Positions 9,868-20,265 of a stretch of DNA of 64,000 nucleotides are shown here, in pieces (the first letter of the stretch is position 1; each line of letters begins with the position of its first letter). Position numbers and translations under genes: made by a program. A model generated the notes under the pieces. The model was not told the DNA's origin and searched no databases. It worked only from the letters and a program-made list of their open reading frames with translations. This stretch comes from Minisyncoccota bacterium (lineage in GTDB: Bacteria > Patescibacteriota > Minisyncoccia > SW-4-49-11): assembly GCA_032117235.1 (NCBI GenBank), contig JAULZW010000003.1, positions 2,798 through 66,797 of the forward strand, given 5' to 3'.

Positions 9868-10533
9868 CTACCTTTCTAATAATTTTTGTTCGCTGAGTTT
9901 ACGATATCCTCCTTCTGGGATATCGTTTAATTCTATATGTCCAATACGTATTCTGAGTAAATCTAACACACTATACCTCAGAGTCCTCGCCATACGCCGT
10001 ATTTGCCTGTTTTTGCCCTCAGTTAGGGTTATCTTGATAGTGTCATTGCTCATACGCTTGATACGACAAGGTTTGGTATGATAGCCGGTATCAATCTTGA
10101 CTCCTTCTCTTAATTTCTCAATGTCAGCTTGAGAAATGGGGCGATTGAGAGTTACTATATAATCTTTTTCCATTTGAACTTTGGGCTCTAGGAGCTTTTT
10201 GGTAATACGCCCATCATTAGTAAGTATTATAAGTCCTCGAGAATCTTTATCTAATCTTCCAACTGGGAATACTTCATCTCCAAAGTCCGTAATATCTTGT
10301 ATGGATTTTTCTCCTTCTTGGGGGCTATGGGATACGATTCCCACTGGCTTATGATAGGCATAATATTTGTATTGCTTCTCATATCCTATTACTTCCACCT
10401 TATCCCCTTCTTTGATATCTACACCAACTTCAGCGACAATTCCATTGACGAAAACTTTTCCCTCTTGAATTAATCGGTCTGCTTCTCGTCTTGAACAAAT
10501 ATCTTGGCTTGCTAAATACTTATTGATCCTCAT
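9868..10533 (-). CDS. rsuA: 16S rRNA pseudouridine synthase, RsuA family (S4 domain plus PseudoU_synth_2)
   Basis: N-terminal S4 motif (RINKYLASQDICSRREADRLI); catalytic motif GRLDKDSRGLIILTNDG. Confidence 0.8.
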   Translation of the reverse strand: MRINKYLASQDICSRREADRLIQEGKVFVNGIVAEVGVDIKEGDKVEVIGYEKQYKYYAYHKPVGIVSHSPQEGEKSIQDITDFGDEVFPVGRLDKDSRGLIILTNDGRITKKLLEPKVQMEKDYIVTLNRPISQADIEKLREGVKIDTGYHTKPCRIKRMSNDTIKITLTEGKNRQIRRMARTLRYSVLDLLRIRIGHIELNDIPEGGYRKLSEQKLLER

Positions 10534-10624
10534 AAAAATACTAGTTATATGCCAATACTAGCATATTTTGTAATTTATAGTAAGTGTATGATATAATATA
10601 TTAGTTATAAATAAACATAAATTT

Positions 10625-11446
10625 ATGCAGATTGAACCTGGAACTTCTCCAAAACATCGTTATGAGTTAATTAAAGCTACTCTTCTTGTAATTATTGGTG
10701 CTCTGATTACTATTACTGTAGTCTATGGCATTGACTATTTTAGCCCAAAGGCTGAACCCACTCCTGTGGATGTAGTGGAGCCTGTTGCTCAAACAGAGCC
10801 TATTGTGGAAGAAATATCTACCCCTTCTCCCGAATCTACACCTACTCCAGAGACACCTAAAGAAAAGGTTTATACTCAAGATGAACTTAATACTATCTTT
10901 GAGATGGATAAGAAGTCTAAAGACACTAAACTCTTTTATTCTCCTAAATTAGGTGTTGGGTTTACTTATAATTTGCTAGAAGGATTTTCACCTAATACAT
11001 ATGAAGTACCTGTATCTGAACAAGGAAATGGAGTTGTCATAGGCTATCCAGAAAAGAAGGGAACTCCCGCATCTGGAAGAAAAAGTCTACAAGTATTTAA
11101 TAAAGATCCCAAAGACACTCTCGAGCAAGCTATTACTAAAGAATTTTTGCAAGGAGTAGATTCCAAAAAATGTTTTGCCCAAAAATATGAAAAAGAAAAT
11201 CCTCAGTATAAATATGCTGAAATATTCTATACACCAACTCAAGGAGAAGAGGTTGGTATAAATAATGGTATAGAAAATTGTCCAGAGAAAATACATGATT
11301 ATGTCCGAACAAATGCTTCCTTATATTTCTTCGAGGATACTAGAGTTCCTTCTAAATATGTGTTTGTAATCCTTGGTCAAGAAAGTATAGCTTACTCAGG
11401 AATTGGGAGTGAAGACTGGTCAGGCTCTATTAGAATATTAAAATAA
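10625..11446 (+). CDS. hypothetical secreted/anchored protein with a Pro/Thr/Glu-rich linker
   Basis: N-terminal TM helix followed by a low-complexity PTPVDVVEPVAQTEP... linker and a globular C-terminal domain. Confidence 0.4.
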   Translation: MQIEPGTSPKHRYELIKATLLVIIGALITITVVYGIDYFSPKAEPTPVDVVEPVAQTEPIVEEISTPSPESTPTPETPKEKVYTQDELNTIFEMDKKSKDTKLFYSPKLGVGFTYNLLEGFSPNTYEVPVSEQGNGVVIGYPEKKGTPASGRKSLQVFNKDPKDTLEQAITKEFLQGVDSKKCFAQKYEKENPQYKYAEIFYTPTQGEEVGINNGIENCPEKIHDYVRTNASLYFFEDTRVPSKYVFVILGQESIAYSGIGSEDWSGSIRILK

Positions 11447-11460
11447 ATCTTAGCTACTAA

Positions 11461-11492
11461 AAAAGGGGAGCTAACACTCCCTTTTTTATTTT
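11461..11492. terminator. bidirectional rho-independent terminator between convergent genes
   Basis: aaaaaggggagctaacactcccttttttatttt: 5-bp GC stem flanked by an A-run and a T-run. Confidence 0.55.
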
Positions 11493-11512
11493 GTCTTAGA
11501 AAATATAACCCT

Positions 11513-13315
11513 CTAACTACTCCCTTCTTGATTTTGTATTAAATTAAGGGCGGAGTCAAAATTCTCGGCTGGAGTTAATATTCCCCCACTAATAAAAAAT
11601 ATTTGATCAGCTTTTTTGATAGTATTAAGTCTATGAGCGATAATAACTTTGGTAGTTGTATCTGGTAATTGAGACAATATGGATTGGAGATTTTGCTCGG
11701 TTACGGTATCTATATTGGCGGTAGCCTCATCCAGAATAAGGAGTTCGGGTTCTCTCAAAAGAGTACGAATAAAGGAGATAATTTGTTTTTGCCCAATACT
11801 AATACCATTGTTTTCGATTATGGTCTCTATACCATTATCAAAAGTATCCATCAGTTCAGTCAAATTATGAGATTTGAGTTTTTCTAATAACTCCTCATCA
11901 TTACTATTGAGTAATTCGCTATTACCATATCTCAAGTTATCTCCTATTGTACCCGTGAATAAGAATGGTTCTTGGAGAATAAATCCAATACTATTGGTTC
12001 GCTCTTCATCAGTATATGTTCTAATATCTCTATTTTTGAGTTCTATAATACCCTGTTGAGGATCATATAATCTTGCCATCAATGATGCTGTGGTGCTTTT
12101 ACCTCCTCCTGTTGGGCCTACTAAAGCATAGGTTTTTCCTTGTTCTAATGTAAAATTCATATCTTTAATAATTTCTTTTTCATCATATCCAAAACTGACA
12201 TCTTCGAATTCTAAAATATATTTGGTTTTTCTCCTCTGAACTCCTGATTTGTCATCTTCTAAAATTAAATTGTTCTCTAGACTAATAATCTCTTGCACTC
12301 TAGTCCAGGCTGCTAGGGCTCCTTGAAGACTACCCACTATTGTACCTAAAATTCTCAGTGGCTCGAAAAATTTCTGAACATAGGCAAGGAAACCTATCAG
12401 AAGTCCAATAGTAATACTGCCCGATAGAATGAAATTTACTCCTACTGATAGAAGAATAATCTGGGATAAGTTGGCTACAAAAGTATATAGTGGGGCTATA
12501 CTATCATTAAGAATATTAACTTGAATTTTAGTTTTGTATACAGCTCCACTGATTTTATCGAAATTAGCTTTATAATAATCTTGTATTTGAAAAGCTACTA
12601 TAGCATTGAAGTTTAATAAACCTTCTTGTACTTCTGAAGATAAGGAGCCTTGATTTTCTAAACCTACTTTATTCATTCCTTCTATAAATGGGGTGGCTAT
12701 TCTTGTAGTAATCAGAATTAAAGCTGTTAAGCTAAAGACTATACTAGCTAATTGCCAGTTTAGGTATACCATCATACAAGCTATTCCAATTAGAGAGAAA
12801 AAGAGGGAAGTAAATCTTAATACCCCTTCTGATAAAAATTGATTAATTTTATTAGTGTCATTGTTAATTCTTGAAATTAAATCTCCAGCTTTATTACGAT
12901 TAAAAAAGTCTATTGGTAAGCTCTGTAAAGAAGAAAAAACTTTAGCTCTCAAACGGAATAAAACTCTTTGTGAAACATACCCCATAATTCTAGCTTGTCC
13001 ATAAGCTGCAATTGCTGATATGATAAATAGTATTACCAACCCTAAAGACATTAGAGCCAGTGTCTGAATATCTTTATTAGCAATTGGTCCGTCAATGGCT
13101 CTAGTAATGATATAAGGGGTTACAACTCCTGTTCCAATATTGATTAAAACTGTAATTACAATAACGACTAGGTTTCTGGTCTCTCCTACAAAAAGTGGTA
13201 AGATAGTAGCTAGAGATTCTTCAAACGATGGTTTATTGTTATTAGATTGTGATAATTTATAGAGGTTATTCATATTAAGTTGTTTGTTGGCTTTGCCAGA
13301 TTTGGGCATATTCAA
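11513..13315 (-). CDS. ABC exporter, fused permease/ATPase (MsbA-like half-transporter, subunit 2)
   Basis: 6-TM N-terminal domain; Walker A GPTGGGKST; signature SIGQKQ; Walker B ILDEAT. A start at the Met at 13273 is more likely, because the upstream TAA then precedes the ATG by 1 nt. Confidence 0.8.
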   Translation of the reverse strand: MNMPKSGKANKQLNMNNLYKLSQSNNNKPSFEESLATILPLFVGETRNLVVIVITVLINIGTGVVTPYIITRAIDGPIANKDIQTLALMSLGLVILFIISAIAAYGQARIMGYVSQRVLFRLRAKVFSSLQSLPIDFFNRNKAGDLISRINNDTNKINQFLSEGVLRFTSLFFSLIGIACMMVYLNWQLASIVFSLTALILITTRIATPFIEGMNKVGLENQGSLSSEVQEGLLNFNAIVAFQIQDYYKANFDKISGAVYKTKIQVNILNDSIAPLYTFVANLSQIILLSVGVNFILSGSITIGLLIGFLAYVQKFFEPLRILGTIVGSLQGALAAWTRVQEIISLENNLILEDDKSGVQRRKTKYILEFEDVSFGYDEKEIIKDMNFTLEQGKTYALVGPTGGGKSTTASLMARLYDPQQGIIELKNRDIRTYTDEERTNSIGFILQEPFLFTGTIGDNLRYGNSELLNSNDEELLEKLKSHNLTELMDTFDNGIETIIENNGISIGQKQIISFIRTLLREPELLILDEATANIDTVTEQNLQSILSQLPDTTTKVIIAHRLNTIKKADQIFFISGGILTPAENFDSALNLIQNQEGSS

Positions 13316-14990
13316 TCGAGGATTGCAAAAGCTGTTTATGCTTACCCGTGGCTAATAAGTCTCCCTCCATAATTACTATGATTTGATCATAGTCTTGAAT
13401 TGGTTCAATTTTTTGAGTAATTGAGATTAAGGTTAAATTAGGATAATTGTGGGATAAGGCTGAGATAATTTCTTTTTCAGTTCTAATGTCTACTCTGGCT
13501 GTAAAATCATCTAGTAGCAGTATATTTGGGTTTCTAACTAATGCTCTAGCTAACATAATTCTTTGTTTTTGACCCCCTGAGAGATTTGTTCCTCGCTCAC
13601 TAATTTGAGTAGATAGCCCATTAGGAAAATTTTCTATAATTTCAGAAACATTAGCTGTATCTAAAGCTTTTTGTAATTCTGGCTCTGGTATTGTTTGATT
13701 AAAAATTATATTATCCGTAAGTGAAGAATTGAATAAAATACTTTCTTGAAATACTAATCCCATTGTTCTAAATATATATTTTGGCTCCCATTGATTAAGG
13801 GGGATGTCATCTATCAAAATCTGTCCTCCTGTGGGGTGAATAAGGCCTGTAAGAAGAGATAATATAAGGCTTTTTCCTGATCCCGTTGGACCTATAATAG
13901 CATTTTTAGTTTTAGGTTGAATTTCAAAAGAAACATCCTTTAACAGATCTTTACCATTAATTTCATACGACACTTTGTCAAAAGTAATTTTACCATTTAC
14001 TTCTTTTGTAATTAAGTTTTTGTTGTTAGTTTTTGTTTGTTCTGGAGCATTTAATACTTGCTGTATTCTAGATAGAGATACCATTCCTCTGGAAATAAAG
14101 TTACTTACAAATCCTAAAATAAAAATTGGAGTAATCAAAAGATTAAAGTATGAAATAAAAGCACTAAACTCTCCTAAAGTTAATCCTTCTATCATCACTT
14201 GCCTGCCTCCAAACCATATAATAGTAACAATGGCAAAGTTAGAGACTAAATTTATTGTAGGTATTAGACTAGAAAATAAGTTTATTATCTGAAACCCTAT
14301 ATCTCGTCCCTGTTGATTTACAGTTTTAAATTTTGCATTTTCATAATTTTGTGAATTCAGAACTCTAATTAACATAGCACCTAAGACACTTTCATTTATA
14401 ACTTTATTAATTTTGGACAATACCTCCTGTGAAGATCGGAATAATTTGGATATATTTTTAAATATAAAAGCAAAAACAGCTATAATAATTGGTAGAGAAA
14501 TAATAGCAATTAAAGCTAGTTTAACATTGATTGAAAATAATAAAATAACACTACCAATTAAAATAATCGATGCTGAGAATATACTTGCAAAACCTTGTGA
14601 GATTATATCTTTCACCTGCTCTACATCTGAGGTTATATTGGTAAAAAGCTCTGAGGAGTCTTGTTCATTAACAAAGCTAATGGGTTGTGATAATATCTTT
14701 TTAATTAAAGCATCTCTAAAGTCTCTAGCCACATTTTCAGCAACATATACTCCTATAATAGTTTGTACTAATGAAAATATCAGAACAAATGTTGTTATGA
14801 CTGCTAATATCCAGATATCTGGGGCTAATTTATAAACACTCCCACTTTGACTAAGATTATCAATACTATTTCCTAATATTCTAGGTATAAGTAAGTTTGC
14901 TCCATTAGATAAAAATATAAATATAATTAAAAGCACTGACCAGCCTATATATGGTTTTATAAATTTAAAGTCAATATTGGATTTCTGCAT
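13275..14990 (-). CDS. ABC exporter, fused permease/ATPase (subunit 1 of a probable heterodimer)
   Basis: Walker A GPTGSGKS; signature LSGGQKQRIMLARAL; 6-TM N-terminus. Confidence 0.8.
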   Translation of the reverse strand: MQKSNIDFKFIKPYIGWSVLLIIFIFLSNGANLLIPRILGNSIDNLSQSGSVYKLAPDIWILAVITTFVLIFSLVQTIIGVYVAENVARDFRDALIKKILSQPISFVNEQDSSELFTNITSDVEQVKDIISQGFASIFSASIILIGSVILLFSINVKLALIAIISLPIIIAVFAFIFKNISKLFRSSQEVLSKINKVINESVLGAMLIRVLNSQNYENAKFKTVNQQGRDIGFQIINLFSSLIPTINLVSNFAIVTIIWFGGRQVMIEGLTLGEFSAFISYFNLLITPIFILGFVSNFISRGMVSLSRIQQVLNAPEQTKTNNKNLITKEVNGKITFDKVSYEINGKDLLKDVSFEIQPKTKNAIIGPTGSGKSLILSLLTGLIHPTGGQILIDDIPLNQWEPKYIFRTMGLVFQESILFNSSLTDNIIFNQTIPEPELQKALDTANVSEIIENFPNGLSTQISERGTNLSGGQKQRIMLARALVRNPNILLLDDFTARVDIRTEKEIISALSHNYPNLTLISITQKIEPIQDYDQIIVIMEGDLLATGKHKQLLQSSIEYAQIWQSQQTT

Positions 14991-15018
14991 TATTGTTTTT
15001 AATTAAGAATATTAGAAA

Positions 15019-16674
15019 TTAACTTCTATCTATAAATTCTGTTCTGGAACATGGGTTAGGCTCAATAATGTTATTTGGCATTATTGACTTTAGTAAAAAC
15101 TCACTGTGTGAACCCAGTTTTGCTATTTTATAAGCTAAGTATCTATAATTAATGTGCCCTCCTGGTCTAACTCTAAGCTGGGTCATATAGCTAATTTCTT
15201 TTGGAGATGCATGGAAAAAACTTGTCAAAATATGAGCAAAAGGCAATAGTTGAATATAAATATATTGAGGAAACCATTCATATTCTGAACTCATATCAAT
15301 AAATTGTTGCAGTCTATTATAATATTGTTGTAGATCTTGTTCGAACTTTTGTCTAATTGTCTGTAAATCTGGATTCTCAGTTAAATAAAGTGGTAAAGTA
15401 TAACCTGTATATAATGTTTCTTTATATTTATTTGTACTAAAAGCTGGAATATATCTACCCCAAGCTCGATGTCTATTCAAATCTCGTAGTTCCGAATTAG
15501 AACAAGTCAATACAAAACTATGTGTGTTCACTCTAAACAAATTACCCATCTGATGATGATGATTAAAATCTTTAAATAAAATATTAGAAATTTGGATTTC
15601 TTGTTCTTGACTTAAATTAGATATAAATTCTAAAATAGATTTAATACTAGCATTAGGATACAAAGTTATTATGTTTTGTAATAAAATTTTATATCCAGCA
15701 CTGAGAGTAGTATCTAATAATTCCGCATCTAATTTATGATAAATTATAGTCTTTGAAGTTTCTAAACTTTGCTCTATTTGCAATTCATTTTGTAAATATT
15801 GTTGTAATGCCAACAGATTATTATTAGTAATTTTATCGGACTCTGTATGTCGAATCAAATCAGGTGCTTCTGGAGTATAGCCAATTTGCTTAGCTTTAAA
15901 ATCATCTGGAGCGAATAATATTTCTAATTGTTCGGCTAAACAAACAACATTATATTCATTAGAGGCCTTGAATACAGATATAATCCTTGCCCATTCGCGA
16001 GCAGAGGTAATATAAGCTAGAGAAGTTTTATTCATCAAACCTGATGGTAAAAAATATCTAATTGAGTCAAAAACTCTAGCCAATAAAGCTCCTGTTTCAG
16101 ACTTATTATCCTTATCTATCTTATAAACTTTAATATATTCGGCATTTAATTTATCTTTCCAATAGTGATATTTATCTAGAGAGTATTGTTGTAAGTCTAA
16201 TAAACCCTGATTTATTTTATCATAATTATCTAAGTTAGAATTTATTCCTAACTTATTCAAACCGAGTGGCTTAATATTACCGAAATCCTGATATCTAGTT
16301 GAACGCTGTTGCCCCCCTCCTACACTAGTTTCATTAAAGAAAATAGTAGAATAATGATCTGGAATTTGCTCAATATAGGCAAATAATTGCGCCATATCTG
16401 CCACCGAAGAATGACCGTAATTCCTAAATATATTAGCCAATTTTTCATTAGCATTACTGCCAGCTTGTCGAATCTCTTGAAATAACTCTTCGGCAGATAA
16501 AGCGGAGCGAGAAAATCTAGCTCCTGCAAAAGCCATAATAGATGCTGTTTGTTTGCCAGAATTTGGTAGCGCTGTTCTGACGGTATATCCTGTTCTATTA
16601 TCTGTAACCGAGACTATGACTAAATCTGTTTTATCAGGATCTGAAATACTAAATTGAAAATGTGATTTATCCAT
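15019..16674 (-). CDS. thyX: flavin-dependent thymidylate synthase-like protein with tandem duplicated ThyX (Thy1) domains
   Basis: Second half: HSFVLTCSNSELRDLNRHR ... LLPFAHILTSFFHASPKEISYMTQLR matches ThyX FxFxV..R..RHR and LP...TRFF......R.L.NF..LR. First half: AGARFSRS, YGHSS..., TIFFNETSVGGGQQRSTRY, a degenerate RHR->NET that keeps the S.RY motif. Adjacent to dcd. Confidence 0.55.
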   Translation of the reverse strand: MDKSHFQFSISDPDKTDLVIVSVTDNRTGYTVRTALPNSGKQTASIMAFAGARFSRSALSAEELFQEIRQAGSNANEKLANIFRNYGHSSVADMAQLFAYIEQIPDHYSTIFFNETSVGGGQQRSTRYQDFGNIKPLGLNKLGINSNLDNYDKINQGLLDLQQYSLDKYHYWKDKLNAEYIKVYKIDKDNKSETGALLARVFDSIRYFLPSGLMNKTSLAYITSAREWARIISVFKASNEYNVVCLAEQLEILFAPDDFKAKQIGYTPEAPDLIRHTESDKITNNNLLALQQYLQNELQIEQSLETSKTIIYHKLDAELLDTTLSAGYKILLQNIITLYPNASIKSILEFISNLSQEQEIQISNILFKDFNHHHQMGNLFRVNTHSFVLTCSNSELRDLNRHRAWGRYIPAFSTNKYKETLYTGYTLPLYLTENPDLQTIRQKFEQDLQQYYNRLQQFIDMSSEYEWFPQYIYIQLLPFAHILTSFFHASPKEISYMTQLRVRPGGHINYRYLAYKIAKLGSHSEFLLKSIMPNNIIEPNPCSRTEFIDRS

Positions 16675-16685
16675 AATAATATATT

Positions 16686-17264
16686 TTATTCTTCTTTAAT
16701 TTCAAAGTTTTTATGCATATCACTTGCTTGAACTCCTCTAGAATCATAGTATTTACTACCTAGAGAGGTTGAGCCATAAGAATTTTGGGCAGGAGTTTTG
16801 AGCTCATAAAAAGCAATCTGAGCGATTTTCATTTCTGGATAAAGCCGAATTGGTACAGTATTGGTGTTAACAAATTCTAAAGTAGCATTAAGCCTATTTC
16901 CTGGATCAATAAAACCTGCCGTAGTATGTACAATTAGTCCGTATCGAGCAAGAGAGCTTTTACCCATAATTTGGCAGGCATATTTCTCATTGCATCCAAA
17001 ATAATCTTTTGTTACACCAAGTACAAATTGACCTGGATGAATAACAAAATATTCATCTTTATCTTTTAATATAACTTTTTCCATAAATTCATGAACCGAT
17101 TTCTTGGGGTCAATATATTCAAATTTATGATTGTTAAATATCATAAATTCATATCCTAGCAAAACATCGTAACTGGCAGGTTGAAGACGAGCCTCATCAA
17201 AATCATTGATAATAATATCTCCTAATTCGATTCCCTTCTTTATATCGACATCAGATAATTGCAT
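16686..17264 (-). CDS. dcd: dCTP deaminase
   Basis: LQPASYDVLLG ... GKSSLARYGLIVHTTAGFIDPGNRLNATLEF ... KIAQIAF, the classic Dcd/dUTPase-fold motifs. Confidence 0.8.
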   Translation of the reverse strand: MQLSDVDIKKGIELGDIIINDFDEARLQPASYDVLLGYEFMIFNNHKFEYIDPKKSVHEFMEKVILKDKDEYFVIHPGQFVLGVTKDYFGCNEKYACQIMGKSSLARYGLIVHTTAGFIDPGNRLNATLEFVNTNTVPIRLYPEMKIAQIAFYELKTPAQNSYGSTSLGSKYYDSRGVQASDMHKNFEIKEE

Positions 17265-17276
17265 ATAAATTATAGG

Positions 17277-18206
17277 TTAAACTTTCAAATAACGATTAAT
17301 AGCGATCAAACTACTTCCTACTCCCAAAATAATTCCGACTATTAGTTGAGCACCTATTATAAAGAAAGCGTTTGTCAGCACATATTCACTTAATGGCTGT
17401 GATCCTGCTATAAACTCTCTTACACCTGATGATATTAATAGAACAACAACAAATAATATAAGAAAACTAATAAAGGTTCCAAAAACTCCAAATAATACAC
17501 CTTCCACGAAAAACGGTCCTTTAATTTGAGCATCACTAGCCCCCACTAATCTCATAATTTCAATTTCCTGTCTATATGAGTATAGTGTCAAACGAATTGT
17601 ATTATAGGTTATCAACACAGCTATTGTAGCCAAAACTATTATTACACTAATACCCACATTGCGAGTAACTTGAATTATATTATTTAATCTATCAATAATT
17701 TCTTTAGAGGTACTTTTTTGATAATCTGTTTCTTGAATAGTTGATTCATTATACTCTGACTTCATCAAAGTATCATTGATATTTTGATAAAATTTACTAT
17801 TCTCACCTTTAATAGTCAATGTTCTAGGAAGAGGATTCTCATCTAAAACCTGCAGAGACTGAATAATGGAAGGGTTGTCCTTATAGGTTTCTTTAAATTT
17901 CTCTAAAGCCATTTCTTTAGTAATTAAATTAACTTCCTTAACCCCTTCTATACCTTTTACATATTTTACAAAGTCATTAACTTTAGTTTCTTCTACTCCA
18001 TCTTTAATATAAACACTAATATCTACTCTATTTTGAATACCACTCAAAGCATCACTGCTAATCTGATTGATAACCATAAAAAACCCTAATCCAAATAAAG
18101 TTAATACCATTATGCTAGTAGTGGCAATGGACAGAAAGATATTTCTTCCAAAGTTTTGAAATCCATATTTAATACTGCGTATAATAGTAGAAAAGAATAA
18201 ATCCAT
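17277..18206 (-). CDS. ftsX: cell-division ABC transporter permease FtsX
   Basis: 309 aa; N-terminal TM, large extracytoplasmic loop, 3 C-terminal TM helices; directly downstream of ftsE. Confidence 0.7.
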   Translation of the reverse strand: MDLFFSTIIRSIKYGFQNFGRNIFLSIATTSIMVLTLFGLGFFMVINQISSDALSGIQNRVDISVYIKDGVEETKVNDFVKYVKGIEGVKEVNLITKEMALEKFKETYKDNPSIIQSLQVLDENPLPRTLTIKGENSKFYQNINDTLMKSEYNESTIQETDYQKSTSKEIIDRLNNIIQVTRNVGISVIIVLATIAVLITYNTIRLTLYSYRQEIEIMRLVGASDAQIKGPFFVEGVLFGVFGTFISFLILFVVVLLISSGVREFIAGSQPLSEYVLTNAFFIIGAQLIVGIILGVGSSLIAINRYLKV

Positions 18207-18224
18207 ATAATTAATGTTTATGTT

Positions 18225-18911
18225 TTATATAATATATTTACCATCAAGACTATCACGAATAATCTTACCTTTATCAAGACTAATAACTCTTTTATTAATA
18301 CTGTTTACAACTTCTTTATTATGAGTAGCAAAAATAATAGTAGTTTTAAGCTGTTCATTTATTTTAAGTAATAAATTTACAATATCCCAACTATTGAAGA
18401 CATCTAAATTTCCAGTTGGCTCATCTGCCAACAATACTTTAGGCTCATTAATCAAAGCTCTTGCAATAGCAATTCTTTGTCTTTCTCCTCCAGACATTTG
18501 ATTTGGAAATTTATTGGCTTTTGATCCCATACCAACAATGTTCAAAAATCTAGGTACTTTTCTACTTATTTCCAAATTGTCTTTACCTAAAATTTCCATT
18601 GCAAAGGCTATGTTTTCATAGGCGGTTTTACTAGGCAGTAATTTGAAATCTTGAAAAATAATCCCAAGAGACCTTCTGTGCTTAGGCATATCACTATACC
18701 TTAGGTCGTTCACTCTAGTTTTACCTAAAAAAACCTCCCCTTTATCTGGGTTCTGCTCTCCCGTAATTAGTTTCATCAGAGTAGATTTTCCAGCACCACT
18801 TTGCCCCACTAAAACCAAAAACTCTCCGTCCTCAATTTTTAAATTTATGTTTTCTATAGCAAAGGATTCTTCTTCACCATAAGCTTTAGTTACATTCTTA
18901 AATAAAATCAT
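18225..18911 (-). CDS. ftsE: cell-division ABC transporter ATPase FtsE
   Basis: Walker A GQSGAGKST; signature MSGGERQRIAIARAL; Walker B LLADEPT; H-loop. Confidence 0.8.
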   Translation of the reverse strand: MILFKNVTKAYGEEESFAIENINLKIEDGEFLVLVGQSGAGKSTLMKLITGEQNPDKGEVFLGKTRVNDLRYSDMPKHRRSLGIIFQDFKLLPSKTAYENIAFAMEILGKDNLEISRKVPRFLNIVGMGSKANKFPNQMSGGERQRIAIARALINEPKVLLADEPTGNLDVFNSWDIVNLLLKINEQLKTTIIFATHNKEVVNSINKRVISLDKGKIIRDSLDGKYII

Positions 18912-18919
18912 AATTATAA

Positions 18920-20002
18920 TTATTGTTTATCTTTTTTTATAAGTACAGAGGTGATAATTTCATCCAAATCTCCTGCCAAAATTTTATCTACATCAGTAGT
19001 TTCAAAACTACTCCTTTGGTCTTTTACCAATTTATATGGATTAACTACATAAGATCTAATATGATTTCCCCATGAAATTGAGACATCTTCGGTATGAGAT
19101 TGTTTCTCCTTTTTATGTTCAGATTGCCTTAATTCCCACAACTTAGATTTTAAGATATTAAGAGCTAAAGTTTTATTTTGTAACTGAGACCTTTCTGTTT
19201 GAATAGCAACTACAATTCCAGTTGGTATATGAGTTACTCTAACAGCTGAGTCTGTAGTATTAACACTTTGTCCTCCAGCACCTTGAGATCGATAAACATC
19301 GACTTTTATATCATTTGGATTGATTACAATGTCATTAGAACTAATTTCATCCATCTCTGGCAAAACCTGCACCATTACAAATGATGTATGTCGTAAGCCC
19401 GCTGAATTAAATGGAGAGACTCTTACCAAACGATGAACTCCACGCTCTTGGCGAAAAATTCCATAAGCATACTGACCTTTTATGTGTAACAAAGAACGCT
19501 TTATACCAGCCTCTTGGCCTTGTATATATTCTATCACATCTATTTCAAAATTTCGATACTTTGCATAAGAGATATACATTTTAGTAATAATTTCGGCAAA
19601 ATCTTGAGCATCCACACCTCCAGCACCAGCTTGAATAAACAGCAAAGCATTACCAGAATCATACTCTTCATTAAAGAATATTTCTTGCCAATAAGTATTT
19701 ACTTGTTTTTCTAAGTTTTGAAGATCGGCTTCCAGATCAGAGTCCTGCTCCAAAATTAAATGTTCTAAAAAATCTATATTTTCTGGAATGTTTTCTAAAT
19801 CTTGAAGTTTTTTTTGAGAATGTGATAGTTTTTTTAAAATACTTTGAGCTTGGTCTGGATTATCCCATAAATTAGGTTTTTCCGACTTCTCAAGATATAA
19901 GTTAATCTCTTTTTTTAACTCTTCTATATCAATACCAAGTTCAATTTGATTCCACTTTTCTTTAATTTCACCCAAAAGATTATAAACCTGTTCTTGAGTC
20001 AT
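18920..20002 (-). CDS. prfB: peptide chain release factor 2 (uninterrupted, no programmed frameshift)
   Basis: GGQ motif (SQGAGGQSVNTTDSAVRVTHIPTG) and the RF2-specific SPF tripeptide (RVSPFNSAG); 360 aa in one frame. Confidence 0.85.
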   Translation of the reverse strand: MTQEQVYNLLGEIKEKWNQIELGIDIEELKKEINLYLEKSEKPNLWDNPDQAQSILKKLSHSQKKLQDLENIPENIDFLEHLILEQDSDLEADLQNLEKQVNTYWQEIFFNEEYDSGNALLFIQAGAGGVDAQDFAEIITKMYISYAKYRNFEIDVIEYIQGQEAGIKRSLLHIKGQYAYGIFRQERGVHRLVRVSPFNSAGLRHTSFVMVQVLPEMDEISSNDIVINPNDIKVDVYRSQGAGGQSVNTTDSAVRVTHIPTGIVVAIQTERSQLQNKTLALNILKSKLWELRQSEHKKEKQSHTEDVSISWGNHIRSYVVNPYKLVKDQRSSFETTDVDKILAGDLDEIITSVLIKKDKQ

Positions 20003-20005
20003 TGT

Positions 20006-20260
20006 TTATTTATTTAAAACACTAGAAAGATGGGACGAAACCTGTGCTCCAAGTCGTGGATTAATCCTTCTTATATTATTAGAGATTTGACTACCATAAT
20101 TACGTAAATCATTAGGATTAAAAGACTTGTATTTTCCCCCTTCAGATGAACCTCCTACAACCTTATATATTTCTTCCTGTACAATTTTTGCGTCTTCACT
20201 AAATCCAGATATGCCAGCACTTCTTAGAACTTCCTTAGCATAATCTTCCATTGTTCTCAT
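20006..20260 (-). CDS. hypothetical small protein (84 aa)
   Basis: ORF packed tightly between prfB and the upstream gene; no motif. Confidence 0.3.
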   Translation of the reverse strand: MRTMEDYAKEVLRSAGISGFSEDAKIVQEEIYKVVGGSSEGGKYKSFNPNDLRNYGSQISNNIRRINPRLGAQVSSHLSSVLNK

Positions 20261-20265
20261 ATATT

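Noticed and set aside
18920-20002. Expected +1 programmed frameshift site in prfB
   Set aside because: The RF2 ORF is continuous over 360 codons, so this organism appears to use a non-frameshifting prfB. An intact RF2 (SPF motif) also argues against a UGA-recoded genetic code
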